Shown here piece by piece: positions 13,823 to 28,233 of a stretch of DNA of 64,000 nucleotides (position 1 is the stretch's first letter; every line of letters begins with the position of its first letter). The DNA is from Eledone cirrhosa. Taxonomy: Eukaryota. A model generated the notes under the pieces. The model saw only the letters and a list, made by a program, of their open reading frames with translations, ran no database searches and was not told where the DNA came from. The stretch lies in contig OZ024751.1 in assembly GCA_964016885.1 (NCBI GenBank), positions 26,226,001 to 26,290,000 on the forward strand. Direction: 5' to 3'. The position numbers and the translations under genes are program-made.

Positions 13823-14225
13823 TATATACATACAGGTACACATACATATATGCACGCATCAGTTTAGCGGACGCTTATTATAACGCCGCTTTGTTCGTTT
13901 GTAAACAAGATGTTTGTTATATTCATTTTGTTGTCAAAGGACGACTTGTGAGTATAGGTGTAAATAAATATATATATATATATATATGTAGATAAATTTA
14001 CCAAAAGTTTACGGTAGTGTCCAATCCGTATGAAGAACTCAATGTAATCCGGATATCATGAAAAGAGAAGATGCATTCAAAAACTACTTTCGGTGAAAAA
14101 TAAACGGAAAACAGAGTCAAGATAAATTAATAAAATAATGAATTAACAAAGAAACAGTTCCTCATATGATGAATTTTTTTTAATATAAGGAACTGTTTCT
14201 TTGTTTATTCATTATTTTATTAATT

Positions 14226-14276
<51 letters not shown>

Positions 14277-14421
14277 GTGTGTGTGTGTGTGTTTGAAGTA
14301 AGTTGTATATCTGGTGACATACGGTATGTTTATAAATAAACATTTTCAAACCCTTCCGCTTCCGCTATGAATTTGAAAACTTACAGCATAGCGCCATCTA
14401 GTGTGTTCCAACAGAAGCTAA

Positions 14422-14760
14422 ATATTGTTATATTTGAGGATGTTTCTAATATCGCCAATAAAAAGAAACACAAGCACCATATCATTTTCACTTTGTCTTT
14501 ATCTTTATTTTTTGTTATTGATTTGTTTCTATCACAATATGAGATCAATCTGAATTCGAGGAAATAATAACAGGATGGGGTAGAAGTTTAAGAGGAGGCA
14601 CAAAACAGATAATCATTTAGGAGGCCACAGAATGTGTGGCGAAAGAACTTTGATAAACAAATTGATAACGAACAATAAAGACAAAGTGAAAATTATATGG
14701 TGCGTGTGTTTCTTTCTATTGGCAATACTCGAAACATGGCTATTCCCAAATATAACAATA
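14422..14760. mobile_element. Inverted-repeat HHR element (GAAAGAAC family, degenerate core at 14612-14654); duplicated at ~21414-21752 and ~28379-28717
   Basis: Arms ~14422-14537 and ~14649-14760. Core atca-tttagga-g-gccaca-gaatg-tgtggc-GAAA-gaac-TT-tgat. Confidence 0.7.
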
Positions 14761-14783
14761 TACACATATATATATATATATGT

Positions 14784-14837
<54 letters not shown>

Positions 14838-15347
14838 ACGCACGCACGAGTACGCCGCGAGTGTGCTTGTTTGTATTTTATTTGAAAACAATTAGCTGTA
14901 ATTCTATAAACTGTTTTCCAAAAGTTATATTTAGATAAGGGAAAAACTTAGTAAACAATACTACATTATACTAAATATAAACAATATTATACTAAATTCC
15001 CCACAAAAACTAGACGATTTGTGATGGAACCATTACTCATAACTCAACACAAAACTAAAAATAAACTCACAGGCAACAAGTATGAAACGTTCAACATTGA
15101 AATTGTGTCGATAATGTCCGCTATATTGGCTCTGGAATTATTAGAGCGTCAGACAAAATGTTTGGTGGCATTTCGTTCCCTTCGAAGTCAGCTTTGTCTT
15201 TCATCCTTCCGGTGGTGGTGGGGTCTATAAAATAATGTACCAGTTATGTACTGGGATCGACATAATCAACTTTCCCTTTCCCCCAATTTCCTAGCCTCGT
15301 GTCAATATGATTAATAAATTAAAATAATAATAATTACTATTATCATT

Positions 15348-15538
15348 TGGATTGGCAGTGTCGGTAGAGGGTTGGACGCCATGCTTTGACGCATAGAGTT
15401 ACGGCCCTTGCCATTCTGAGTTCAAATCCCGCTGAGGTTAACTTTGCCCTTCATCCTTACGGGGTCGATAAAATAAAGTACCAGTAATGCACTGGGTATT
15501 TGCTGGCCTTGCGCCCAAAAAGTAGAAACAATTATTAT
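15348..15538 (+). mobile_element. tRNA-derived SINE (duplicate at 22340-22530)
   Basis: Same family as 11904. Confidence 0.85.
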
Positions 15539-15634
15539 ATGAAAAACAAGCTTTTGTGTTAGGTCAGATATCGCACAATCTGAATAAAATCGCACCGAGT
15601 CGAATGAGCAACGGAGTGACAGGTCCAAAGGGCT

Positions 15635-15910
15635 ATGGTTGCCGTCTGGGCACAGAAAACATACATGGCCCAAGGATCGAGGTATGGCACTGTGGATGTG
15701 CTCTTCGCTACACCGGAAGAAGCCAGAGCACACTCCATTGCGCAACTCCTCAATGACGAAATAATAATGATGCCCACATACTGCGACCAGAGAGTCATGA
15801 GAGTTAGAGTAACCCAGGTTCCGCCCTCAGTGGAGATCACGTGGTTGACGGTGGCCGTCCTCGTTGTCATGTCAGTCACATATTTGTGCAGGTTGTTTTT
15901 CTCCATCTGA
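15635..15910 (+). pseudogene. Possible retrotransposon ORF1/gag-like remnant (duplicate at 22627-22902)
   Basis: Complex peptide YGTVDVLFATPEEA...RVRVTQVPPSV reminiscent of RRM-like LINE ORF1 proteins. Resemblance only. Confidence 0.35.
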
Positions 15911-15920
15911 ACACAGTCCT

Positions 15921-16589
15921 CTATGCTGATCTCTTTAAGTAGAGTCTATCAACATCACTCCTCTTGTGGAACATGTTGTAGATAGTCAGTAGCTTCCTAG
16001 TCTTCCTATCCATTTCTTTTTGTTCAGTAATATTCCATTTCAGAATTCCCCCACTGTACCTAATAATAGACACATCTCGGGAATTTACTGCACTTATGAC
16101 ATTCCTACTATTTATATGTGATTTTAATACGCTCCTTACTCTCCTTGTGTATTTAGATCTTATCAATTCCTTCATGTTTTTGTTTTTGATGTCATCTGCC
16201 CCCAGAACGCCTAAATATTTGTATCCCTCTTCAGTGTCAATTTCCTTTATCATCTCACCTGTTGGTACCTGGATTCCGTTGCTTCTGCTCAATTTACCTC
16301 TCTTCATCACTAGGACTCCACACTTATTAATACCAAATTCCATACATATATCATTGCTGAAAATACGGACAGTGTCAACAAGTACATCCAACTCCTTCTC
16401 ACTCTTCCCAAAGAGTTTAAGATCGTCCACGAAGAGGAGGTGGTTGATGGTAAGCTCTCCTCTTCCCAACTTGTATCCTGCTCTCACTTTTCGCAATATG
16501 ACAGACAGGGGTATTAGGGCAAGGACAAACAACAAAGGGGACAAACTATCTCCCTGGAAGGTACTTCTCTTGATCTTTACGCCTCCCAA
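15921..16589 (-). mobile_element. Reverse transcriptase fragment of an R4/Dong-like non-LTR retrotransposon
   Basis: FQGDSLSPLLF, NHLLFVDDLKLF, FGINKC, YKYLG, DRLYLKRS motifs. 5'- and 3'-truncated. Confidence 0.92.
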
Positions 16590-16639
16590 GGATTATTACT
16601 ATTATTATGCAGGTTTTATGGTCTGAAAAGGGAGGGACA

Positions 16640-17051
16640 ATGGTAGAGCCGTCACCCAGATGCAGTAACAGAAGGTGAGACTGTGACAATCCTCTGGGAT
16701 TTCCCTGTCAATACTGACAGAACAATCAAGGCCAACAGACCTGATATAATTGTGAAGGACCATAAAGAGAAAACCTGTTTCTTAATTGACATGAGCATTC
16801 CATCAGATGATAACGTCTCAAAACAGTTTGGAAAGCTCAGTAAGTATAAAGATCTATCAATTACAAATGAGAAAATGTGGCATCTTAAGGTCTGTACAAT
16901 AGCAATGATAGCCGGCGCACTTGATGTGATAAAAGAGAGTACTGAAAAATATTTGGGCCGGATACCTGGGAAGCCATTTCTGAAAGAGATACAGAAAATA
17001 TTGCTGACTGGTACTGCCCATGTCCTAAGAAGGACAGCATTATTTATTTAA
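16640..17051 (+). mobile_element. Restriction-like endonuclease 3' fragment of an R4/Dong-like element
   Basis: HPDAVTEGETVTILWDFPVNTDRTIKANRPDIIV...LIDMSIP...KLSKYKDL...LLTGTAHVLRR. Confidence 0.9.
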
Positions 17052-17107
17052 AGACGGTGTACTTGTGTGTGTGTAGGTAGGTATGCATGTATATATATAT
17101 ATATATT

Positions 17108-17202
<95 letters not shown>

Positions 17203-18371
17203 GTATGTATGTATGTATACATATATATGTATTTATATATGTATGTGTGTGTGTGAACTTTTTATTTATAGGTGTGTGTGCGCTCGTATACGAGTTAATA
17301 GTTTCCTCTATCTCAATCTCTCTTTCTAGTTCTCTCTTTCTCCCCACTCCTCTCTCTCTCTCTCTCTTTCTCTATCCACATATAAACACACACACATGTA
17401 ATTAATGGTTGTTTATGAGGCGGAAAAGAGTTCGTTAAACTCCTACAGTTTGAAGTCGGAAGTTGAATGAAATACGAGACAGCAGACATGATAAATCTAC
17501 GTTTTACTTTACAAATATTTTACTTTACGGTTAATCTTTCAGTGGATTAAGGAGCTTTCAGTTCATTGAAATCCTTCCCTCCATACTGGGGGGTTTACTC
17601 ACACGCATTTGGTTTCTTTCAAATGCTTTTATTTTACAAACTTGTACAATCCAACGAGGGAGGCCTCTGCGTGTGTCAATTACTTCCGTAGCAGACAACC
17701 TCTCACCAACCATTTCTAGATATATTCTATATAACATTATCCTCCGAGGGAGACCTTTGTATAGGTCGATTCACTCAATATTATCTACCGATAAAAGCCT
17801 ATTTGTAGGCTGATTCAGTCTGCAGCAGATAATCATAGACTTATCATTTCTTGAAACTATAAAATACAAAAATATCCATCGAGGGAGGCCGCCGTGGAGG
17901 AAGATTCACTCGGTAACGGACGTTCGTACACATACCACTTCTGGAGATTATAGAATACGAGATTATCCATTGAGGGAGGCCTCAGGGAAATAATTCATTC
18001 ACTAGCAGACGATCCCTCACCTATCACTTCCGGTGACTACAGTAAGCAACACAAGCTTTTTAATAAGATTACTTCTGTAGCAAGGAATTACTCAGCTGCC
18101 ATTTTTACTGACTAGTGACTATCTTATACATTATTCAACGAAATAGATCGATTTCTTTCGATTTCTTTCAATCTTTTACGATATTTAGTAACTATATCTG
18201 ATACAACATGATCCTTTGAAGGAGGCCTCTATGTGATCGATTTGTAAGAGTAACAGACGTCCTATTACTTCTAGGGAATCTATTATACAACCCCCCCCCC
18301 CCCACCCAGGAAATTTCTGGGGAGGATCTATTTGCTCTGTAGTTGACGACAACACTTCCCAGCCACCAACA

Positions 18372-18835
18372 CACACACCTCCCATCTCTAGAAACTGTCT
18401 TATACGACATACACCTACCATCTCTAGAAACTGTCTTATATGACACACACCTCCCATCTCTAGAAACTGTCTTATACGACATACACCTCCCATCTCTAGA
18501 AACTGTCTTATACGACACACACTTCCCATCTCTAGAAACTGTCTTATACGACATACACCTACCACCTCTAGAACTGTCTTATACGACATACACCTCCCAT
18601 CTCTAGAACTGTCTTATACGACATACACCTCCCATCTCTAGAAACTGTCTTATACGACACACACCTCCCATCTTTAGAACTGTCTTATACGACATACACC
18701 CCCATCTCTAAAAACTGTCTTATACGACACACACTTCCCATCTCTAGAACTGTCTTATACGACATACACCTCCCATCTCTAGAAACTGTCTTATACGACA
18801 TACACCTCCCATCTCTAGAAACTGTCTTATACGAC
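18372..18835. repeat. 35-36-bp minisatellite, ~13 copies (duplicate at ~25368-25831)
   Basis: Unit acacctcccatctctagaaactgtcttatacgacat. Confidence 0.95.
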
Positions 18836-19530
18836 GAAAGCCAGCGAGAAACACATCCCTGAGGTAGTTCAAAAAGGCGGCGGGCTGGTCAGGAGAGCAT
18901 ATATGATAACCAGTAACACTACCACTACCAAGCAGAACCACCCGGATTTTAATGTACTGACTACACACCACCCCGCTGTTATTAGCTGTCAACTGACCAA
19001 CTGGTCATTAAATCAACATAATTAATCTCCCAGCCTTTCTTTCACTTTCTCTCCCTAAAGCCACATCACCCCCCATTAAGATAAAACAATCAGCCTGCCA
19101 GGCACTAACCACCCATATATCAACACTACCCCCTGTCCTTAGCCCTACCCCTTATGTCTCATCCTCGTATCATCACCCCCACTCTAGGTCTCTTGTCCTT
19201 TATCTCTTCCCCCTCTCACTTAATCTTTATTTATTATTTTTTACTTTTTATCTGTTATTTGTTATAATTTTTTTTTATTTTTTACTCTAATCCTCTAAGA
19301 TTTGCCCACTACATATGTATGTATTTAATGTTTCTTTTCATGTTATTGTTATCTCTACCGTCATCACGTCTTTATATATACACTTACTCACCACTGTAAC
19401 TACAACTACCACCACCACCACCACCACCACTACTATTATTACCAATCGTATTCTGTACTTATTTTTACTTATTTTTTATATCTTTATCATCTTCATTCTA
19501 ACTTCTTTATTATTATCGTTTATTATCTTT

Positions 19531-19775
19531 TGGATTGGCAGTATCAGTAGAGGGTCGGACGCCATGCTTTGACGCATAGAGTTACGCCCCTTTCCATTCT
19601 GAATTCAAATCCCGCCGAGGGTCGATAAAATAAAGTACCAGTAATGCACTGGGTAATTACTGGTACTTTATTTTATCGACCCCGTAAGGATGAAAGGCAA
19701 AGTTAACCTCGGCGGGATTTGAACTCAGACTGTAAAAGGACATAATTATGCTAGAAATCATGGCGTCCGACCCTC
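19531..19775. mobile_element. Two SINE copies fused tail-to-tail (duplicate at 26524-26768)
   Basis: Plus copy 19531-~19657 and minus copy ~19655-19775 of the 11904 family. Confidence 0.8.
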
Positions 19776-19776
19776 T

Positions 19777-19930
19777 CGCTAGATAGCGGTATAGTAACGG
19801 GATATTGTCAACAGAATTACTAACTATTAATGTCCGCTAGATGGCGGTATAGTAACGGGATATTGTCAACAGAATTACTAACTATTAATGTCCGCTAGAT
19901 GGCGGTATAGTAGCGAGGTATTACCAATAG
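19777..19930. repeat. ~58-bp tandem repeat, ~2.5 copies, at the end of the 7-kb unit (duplicate at ~26770-26925)
   Basis: Unit cgctagatggcggtatagtaacgggatattgtcaacagaattactaactattaatgtc. Confidence 0.9.
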
Positions 19931-20205
19931 ATTTATCATGTTCTTCGTTGTGTTAGATTGCATCGCTTACCTTTTAAGTTCGTTTCTTAGTGACATAATG
20001 TTGAGAGGATCACTATTGCTTGACCCTTGGTCACGTGTAGAAAAAAGAGGGGGAACTGGATGAAGGACTATTGGTCAGTTATTATGACCCACTACAAATA
20101 TAGGAAGGAGAGGGTTAACTGGGGGGCCATTGGTCATTTTTTATAACCAACTCCTGTACTATATTAAGTTTCACAACATAAGGTTTATCTCAGTTCGAGG
20201 AAATA

Positions 20206-20238
<33 letters not shown>

Positions 20239-20415
20239 GTGATGATGATGGTGATGTTTTATGTATTTATTTATGACCAATAAATCTCCCGTAAAACAAT
20301 CATCCAATAGAAAGTCAGTAAAGTCGCCATAACGATCTTGTCATCTGTTATCTTGAGGGAAGTGAGAGGATGGTGTAATTTGAAACTAAATATAGAGAAC
20401 AGCATTGATACTGTA

Positions 20416-20482
<67 letters not shown>

Positions 20483-20496
20483 ACTCTCTCTTGCTC

Positions 20497-20572
<76 letters not shown>

Positions 20573-20730
20573 TTTCTCCCTCCCTCTCTCTTTCTTGGAA
20601 ATTTCTATATATTTCGAAGTTGAAAAAAATGAAAACGAAATTTCATTTCTCACTCTTAGTATGGCACTTACTTAAATGTAAGTATGTATGTATACGTACA
20701 TACATATATGTATACAGACGTACAGTAGCA

Positions 20731-20814
<84 letters not shown>

Positions 20815-21217
20815 TATATACATACAGGTACACATACATATATGCACGCATCAGTTTAGCGGACGCTTATTATAACGCCGCTTTGTTCGTTTGTAAACAA
20901 GATGTTTGTTATATTCATTTTGTTGTCAAAGGACGACTTGTGAGTATAGGTGTAAATAAATATATATATATATATATATGTAGATAAATTTACCAAAAGT
21001 TTACGGTAGTGTCCAATCCGTATGAAGAACTCAATGTAATCCGGATATCATGAAAAGAGAAGATGCATTCAAAAACTACTTTCGGTGAAAAATAAACGGA
21101 AAACAGAGTCAAGATAAATTAATAAAATAATGAATTAACAAAGAAACAGTTCCTCATATGATGAATTTTTTTTAATATAAGGAACTGTTTCTTTGTTTAT
21201 TCATTATTTTATTAATT

Positions 21218-21268
<51 letters not shown>

Positions 21269-21775
21269 GTGTGTGTGTGTGTGTTTGAAGTAAGTTGTAT
21301 ATCTGGTGACATACGGTATGTTTATAAATAAACATTTTCAAACCCTTCCGCTTCCGCTATGAATTTGAAAACTTACAGCATAGCGCCATCTAGTGTGTTC
21401 CAACAGAAGCTAAATATTGTTATATTTGAGGATGTTTCTAATATCGCCAATAAAAAGAAACACAAGCACCATATCATTTTCACTTTGTCTTTATCTTTAT
21501 TTTTTGTTATTGATTTGTTTCTATCACAATATGAGATCAATCTGAATTCGAGGAAATAATAACAGGATGGGGTAGAAGTTTAAGAGGAGGCACAAAACAG
21601 ATAATCATTTAGGAGGCCACAGAATGTGTGGCGAAAGAACTTTGATAAACAAATTGATAACGAACAATAAAGACAAAGTGAAAATTATATGGTGCGTGTG
21701 TTTCTTTCTATTGGCAATACTCGAAACATGGCTATTCCCAAATATAACAATATACACATATATATATATATATGT

Positions 21776-21829
<54 letters not shown>

Positions 21830-22912
21830 ACGCACGCACGAGTACGCCGCGAGTGTGCTTGTTTGTATTTTATTTGAAAACAATTAGCTGTAATTCTATA
21901 AACTGTTTTCCAAAAGTTATATTTAGATAAGGGCAAAACTTAGTAAACAATACTACATTATACTAAATATAAACAATATTATACTAAATTCCCCACAAAA
22001 ACTAGACGATTTGTGATGGAACCATTACTCATAACTCAACACAAAACTAAAAATAAACTCACAGGCAACAAGTATGAAACGTTCAACATTGAAATTGTGT
22101 CGATAATGTCCGCTATATTGGCTCTGGAATTATTAGAGCGTCAGACAAAATGTTTGGTGGCATTTCGTTCCCTTCGAAGTCAGCTTTGTCTTTCATCCTT
22201 CCGGTGGTGGTGGGGTCTATAAAATAATGTACCAGTTATGTACTGGGATCGACATAATCAACTTTCCCTTTCCCCCAATTTCCTAGCCTCGTGTCAATAT
22301 GATTAATAAATTAAAATAATAATAATTACTATTATCATTTGGATTGGCAGTGTCGGTAGAGGGTTGGACGCCATGCTTTGACGCATAGAGCTACGGCCCT
22401 TGCCATTCTGAGTTCAAATCCCGCTGAGGTTAACTTTGCCCTTCATCCTTACGGGGTCGATAAAATAAAGTACCAGTAATGCACTGGGTATTTGCTGGCC
22501 TTGCGCCCAAAAAGTAGAAACAATTATTATATGAAAAACAAGCTTTTGTGTTAGGTCAGATATCGCACAATCTGAATAAAATCGCACCGAGTCGAATGAG
22601 CAACGGAGTGACAGGTCCAAAGGGCTATGGTTGCCGTCTGGGCACAGAAAACATACATGGCCCAAGGATCGAGGTATGGCACTGTGGATGTGCTCTTCGC
22701 TACACCGGAAGAAGCCAGAGCACACTCCATTGCGCAACTCCTCAATGACGAAATAATAATGATGCCCACATACTGCGACCAGAGAGTCATGAGAGTTAGA
22801 GTAACCCAGGTTCCGCCCTCAGTGGAGATCACGTGGTTGACGGTGGCCGTCCTCGTTGTCATGTCAGTCACATATTTGTGCAGGTTGTTTTTCTCCATCT
22901 GAACACAGTCCT

Positions 22913-23581
22913 CTATGCTGATCTCTTTAAGTAGAGTCTATCAACATCACTCCTCTTGTGGAACATGTTGTAGATAGTCAGTAGCTTCCTAGTCTTCCTA
23001 TCCATTTCTTTTTGTTCAGTAATATTCCATTTCAGAATTCCCCCACTGTACCTAATAATAGACACATCTCGGGAATTTACTGCACTTATGACATTCCTAC
23101 TATTTATATGTGATTTTAATACGCTCCTTACTCTCCTTGTGTATTTAGATCTTATCAATTCCTTCATGTTTTTGTTTTTGATGTCATCTGCCCCCAGAAC
23201 GCCTAAATATTTGTATCCCTCTTCAGTGTCAATTTCCTTTATCATCTCACCTGTTGGTACCTGGATTCCGTTGCTTCTGCTCAATTTACCTCTCTTCATC
23301 ACTAGGACTCCACACTTATTAATACCAAATTCCATACATATATCATTGCTGAAAATACGGACAGTGTCAACAAGTACATCCAACTCCTTCTCACTCTTCC
23401 CAAAGAGTTTAAGATCGTCCACGAAGAGGAGGTGGTTGATGGTAAGCTCTCCTCTTCCCAACTTGTATCCTGCTCTCACTTTTCGCAATATGACAGACAG
23501 GGGTATTAGGGCAAGGACAAACAACAAAGGGGACAAACTATCTCCCTGGAAGGTACTTCTCTTGATCTTTACGCCTCCCAA
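22913..23581 (-). mobile_element. RT fragment, R4/Dong-like (second copy in the duplication)
   Basis: Identical translation to 15921-16589. Confidence 0.92.
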
Positions 23582-23631
23582 GGATTATTACTATTATTAT
23601 GCAGGTTTTATGGTCTGAAAAGGGAGGGACA

Positions 23632-24043
23632 ATGGTAGAGCCGTCACCCAGATGCAGTAACAGAAGGTGAGACTGTGACAATCCTCTGGGATTTCCCTGT
23701 CAATACTGACAGAACAATCAAGGCCAACAGACCTGATATAATTGTGAAGGACCATAAAGAGAAAACCTGTTTCTTAATTGACATGAGCATTCCATCAGAT
23801 GATAACGTCTCAAAACAGTTTGGAAAGCTCAGTAAGTATAAAGATCTATCAATTACAAATGAGAAAATGTGGCATCTTAAGGTCTGTACAATAGCAATGA
23901 TAGCCGGCGCACTTGATGTGATAAAAGAGAGTACTGAAAAATATTTGGGCCGGATACCTGGGAAGCCATTTCTGAAAGAGATACAGAAAATATTGCTGAC
24001 TGGTACTGCCCATGTCCTAAGAAGGACAGCATTATTTATTTAA
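23632..24043 (+). mobile_element. RLE fragment, R4/Dong-like (second copy)
   Basis: Identical to 16640-17051. Confidence 0.9.
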
Positions 24044-24099
24044 AGACGGTGTACTTGTGTGTGTGTAGGTAGGTATGCATGTATATATATATATATATT

Positions 24100-24200
<101 letters not shown>

Positions 24201-27198
24201 GTATGTATGTATGTATACATATATATGTATTTATATATGTATGTGTGTGTGTGAACTTTTTATTTATAGGTGTGTGTGCGCTCGTATACGAGTTAATAGT
24301 TTCCTCTATCTCAATCTCTCTTTCTAGTTCTCTCTTTCTCCCCACTCCTCTCTCTCTCTCTCTCTTTCTCTATCCACATATAAACACACACACATGTAAT
24401 TAATGGTTGTTTATGAGGCGGAAAAGAGTTCGTTAAACTCCTACAGTTTGAAGTCGGAAGTTGAATGAAATACGAGACAGCAGACATGATAAATCTACGT
24501 TTTACTTTACAAATATTTTACTTTACGGTTAATCTTTCAGTGGATTAAGGAGCTTTCAGTTCATTGAAATCCTTCCCTCCATACTGGGGGGTTTACTCAC
24601 ACGCATTTGGTTTCTTTCAAATGCTTTTATTTTACAAACTTGTACAATCCAACGAGGGAGGCCTCTGCGTGTGTCAATTACTTCCGTAGCAGACAACCTC
24701 TCACCAACCATTTCTAGATATATTCTATATAACATTATCCTCCGAGGGAGACCTTTGTATAGGTCGATTCACTCAATATTATCTACCGATAAAAGCCTAT
24801 TTGTAGGCTGATTCAGTCTGCAGCAGATAATCATAGACTTATCATTTCTTGAAACTATAAAATACAAAAATATCCATCGAGGGAGGCCGCCGTGGAGGAA
24901 GATTCACTCGGTAACGGACGTTCGTACACATACCACTTCTGGAGATTATAGAATACGAGATTATCCATTGAGGGAGGCCTCAGGGAAATAATTCATTCAC
25001 TAGCAGACGATCCCTCACCTATCACTTCCGGTGACTACAGTAAGCAACACAAGCTTTTTAATAAGATTACTTCTGTAGCAAGGAATTACTCAGCTGCCAT
25101 TTTTACTGACTAGTGACTATCTTATACATTATTCAACGAAATAGATCGATTTCTTTCGATTTCTTTCAATCTTTTACGATATTTAGTAACTATATCTGAT
25201 ACAACATGATCCTTTGAAGGAGGCCTCTATGTGATCGATTTGTAAGAGTAACAGACGTCCTATTACTTCTAGGGAATCTATTATACAACCCCCCCCCCCA
25301 CCCAGGAAATTTCTGGGGAGGATCTATTTGCTCTGTAGTTGACGACAACACTTCCCAGCCACCAACACACACACCTCCCATCTCTAGAAACTGTCTTATA
25401 CGACATACACCTACCATCTCTAGAAACTGTCTTATATGACACACACCTCCCATCTCTAGAAACTGTCTTATACGACATACACCTCCCATCTCTAGAAACT
25501 GTCTTATACGACACACACTTCCCATCTCTAGAAACTGTCTTATACGACATACACCTACCACCTCTAGAACTGTCTTATACGACATACACCTCCCATCTCT
25601 AGAACTGTCTTATACGACATACACCTCCCATCTCTAGAAACTGTCTTATACGACACACACCTCCCATCTTTAGAACTGTCTTATACGACATACACCCCCA
25701 TCTCTAAAAACTGTCTTATACGACACACACTTCCCATCTCTAGAACTGTCTTATACGACATACACCTCCCATCTCTAGAAACTGTCTTATACGACATACA
25801 CCTCCCATCTCTAGAAACTGTCTTATACGACGAAAGCCAGCGAGAAACACATCCCTGAGGTAGTTCAAAAAGGCGGCGGGCTGGTCAGGAGAGCATATAT
25901 GATAACCAGTAACACTACACTACCAAGCAGAACCACCCGGATTTTAATGTACTGACTACACACCACCCCGCTGTTATTAGCTGTCAACTGACCAACTGGT
26001 CATTAAATCAACATAATTAATCTCCCAGCCTTTCTTTCACTTTCTCTCCCTAAAGCCACATCACCCCCCATTAAGATAAAACAATCAGCCTGCCAGGCAC
26101 TAACCACCCATATATCAACACTACCCCCTGTCCTTAGCCCTACCCCTTATGTCTCATCCTCGTATCATCACCCCCACTCTAGGTCTCTTGTCCTTTATCT
26201 CTTCCCCCTCCTCACTTAATCTTTATTTATTATTTTTTACTTTTTATCTGATATTTGTTATAATTTTTTTTTATTTTTTACTCTAATCCTCTAAGATTTG
26301 CCCACTACATATGTATGTATTTAATGTTTCTTTTCATGTTATTGTTATCTCTACCGTCATCACGTCTTTATATATACACTTACTCACCACTGTAACTACA
26401 ACTACCACCACCACCACCACCACCACTATTATTACCAATCGTATTCTGTACTTATTTTTACTTATTTTTTATATCTTTATCATCTTCATTCTAACTTCTT
26501 TATTATTATCGTTTATTATCTTTTGGATTGGCAGTATCAGTAGAGGGTCGGACGCCATGCTTTGACGCATAGAGTTACGCCCCTTTCCATTCTGAATTCA
26601 AATCCCGCCGAGGGTCGATAAAATAAAGTACCAGTAATGCACTGGGTAATTACTGGTACTTTATTTTATCGACCCCGTAAGGATGAAAGGCAAAGTTAAC
26701 CTCGGCGGGATTTGAACTCAGACTGTAAAGGGACATAATTATGCTAGAAATCATGGCGTCCGACCCTCTCGCTAGATAGCGGTATAGTAACGGGATATTG
26801 TCAACAGAATTACTAACTATTAATGTCCGCTAGATGGCGGTATAGTAACGGGATATTGTCAACAGAATTACTAACTATTAATGTCCGCTAGATGGCGGTA
26901 TAGTAGCGAGGTATTACCAATAGATTTATCATGTTCTTCGTTGTGTTAGATTGCATCGCTTACCTTTTAAGTTCGTTTCTTAGTGACATAATGTTGAGAG
27001 GATCACTATTGCTTGACCCTTGGTCACGTGTAGAAAAAAGAGGGGGAACTGGATGAAGGACTATTGGTCAGTTATTATGACCCACTACAAATATAGGAAG
27101 GAGAGGGTTAACTGGGGGGCCATTGGTCATTTTTTATAACCAACTCCTGTACTATATTAAGTTTCACAACATAAGGTTTATCTCAGTTCGAGGAAATA

Positions 27199-27231
<33 letters not shown>

Positions 27232-27408
27232 GTGATGATGATGGTGATGTTTTATGTATTTATTTATGACCAATAAATCTCCCGTAAAACAATCATCCAA
27301 TAGAAAGTCAGTAAAGTCGCCATAACGATCTTGTCATCTGTTATCTTGAGGGAAGTGAGAGGATGGTGTAATTTGAAACTAAATATAGAGAACAGCATTG
27401 ATACTGTA

Positions 27409-27455
<47 letters not shown>

Positions 27456-27469
27456 ACTCTCTCTTGCTC

Positions 27470-27541
<72 letters not shown>

Positions 27542-27699
27542 TTTCTCCCTCCCTCTCTCTTTCTTGGAAATTTCTATATATTTCGAAGTTGAAAAAAATG
27601 AAAACGAAATTTCATTTCTCACTCTTAGTATGGCACTTACTTAAATGTAAGTATGTATGTATACGTACATACATATATGTATACAGACGTACAGTAGCA

Positions 27700-27779
<80 letters not shown>

Positions 27780-28182
27780 TATATACATACAGGTACACAT
27801 ACATATATGCACGCATCAGTTTAGCGGACGCTTATTATAACGCCGCTTTGTTCGTTTGTAAACAAGATGTTTGTTATATTCATTTTGTTGTCAAAGGACG
27901 ACTTGTGAGTATAGGTGTAAATAAATATATATATATATATATATGTAGATAAATTTACCAAAAGTTTACGGTAGTGTCCAATCCGTATGAAGAACTCAAT
28001 GTAATCCGGATATCATGAAAAGAGAAGATGCATTCAAAAACTACTTTCGGTGAAAAATAAACGGAAAACAGAGTCAAGATAAATTAATAAAATAATGAAT
28101 TAACAAAGAAACAGTTCCTCATATGATGAATTTTTTTTAATATAAGGAACTGTTTCTTTGTTTATTCATTATTTTATTAATT

Positions 28183-28233
<51 letters not shown>

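Noticed and set aside
16096-16626. 176-aa plus-strand ORF (and its copy at 23088-23618)
   Set aside because: Antisense shadow of the RT fragment.
18372-18835. ctgtcttatacgacat resembles the Tn5/Nextera mosaic end CTGTCTCTTATACACATCT
   Set aside because: Only a partial match, embedded in a diverged 36-bp genomic minisatellite present in both duplicate units. Not adapter contamination.
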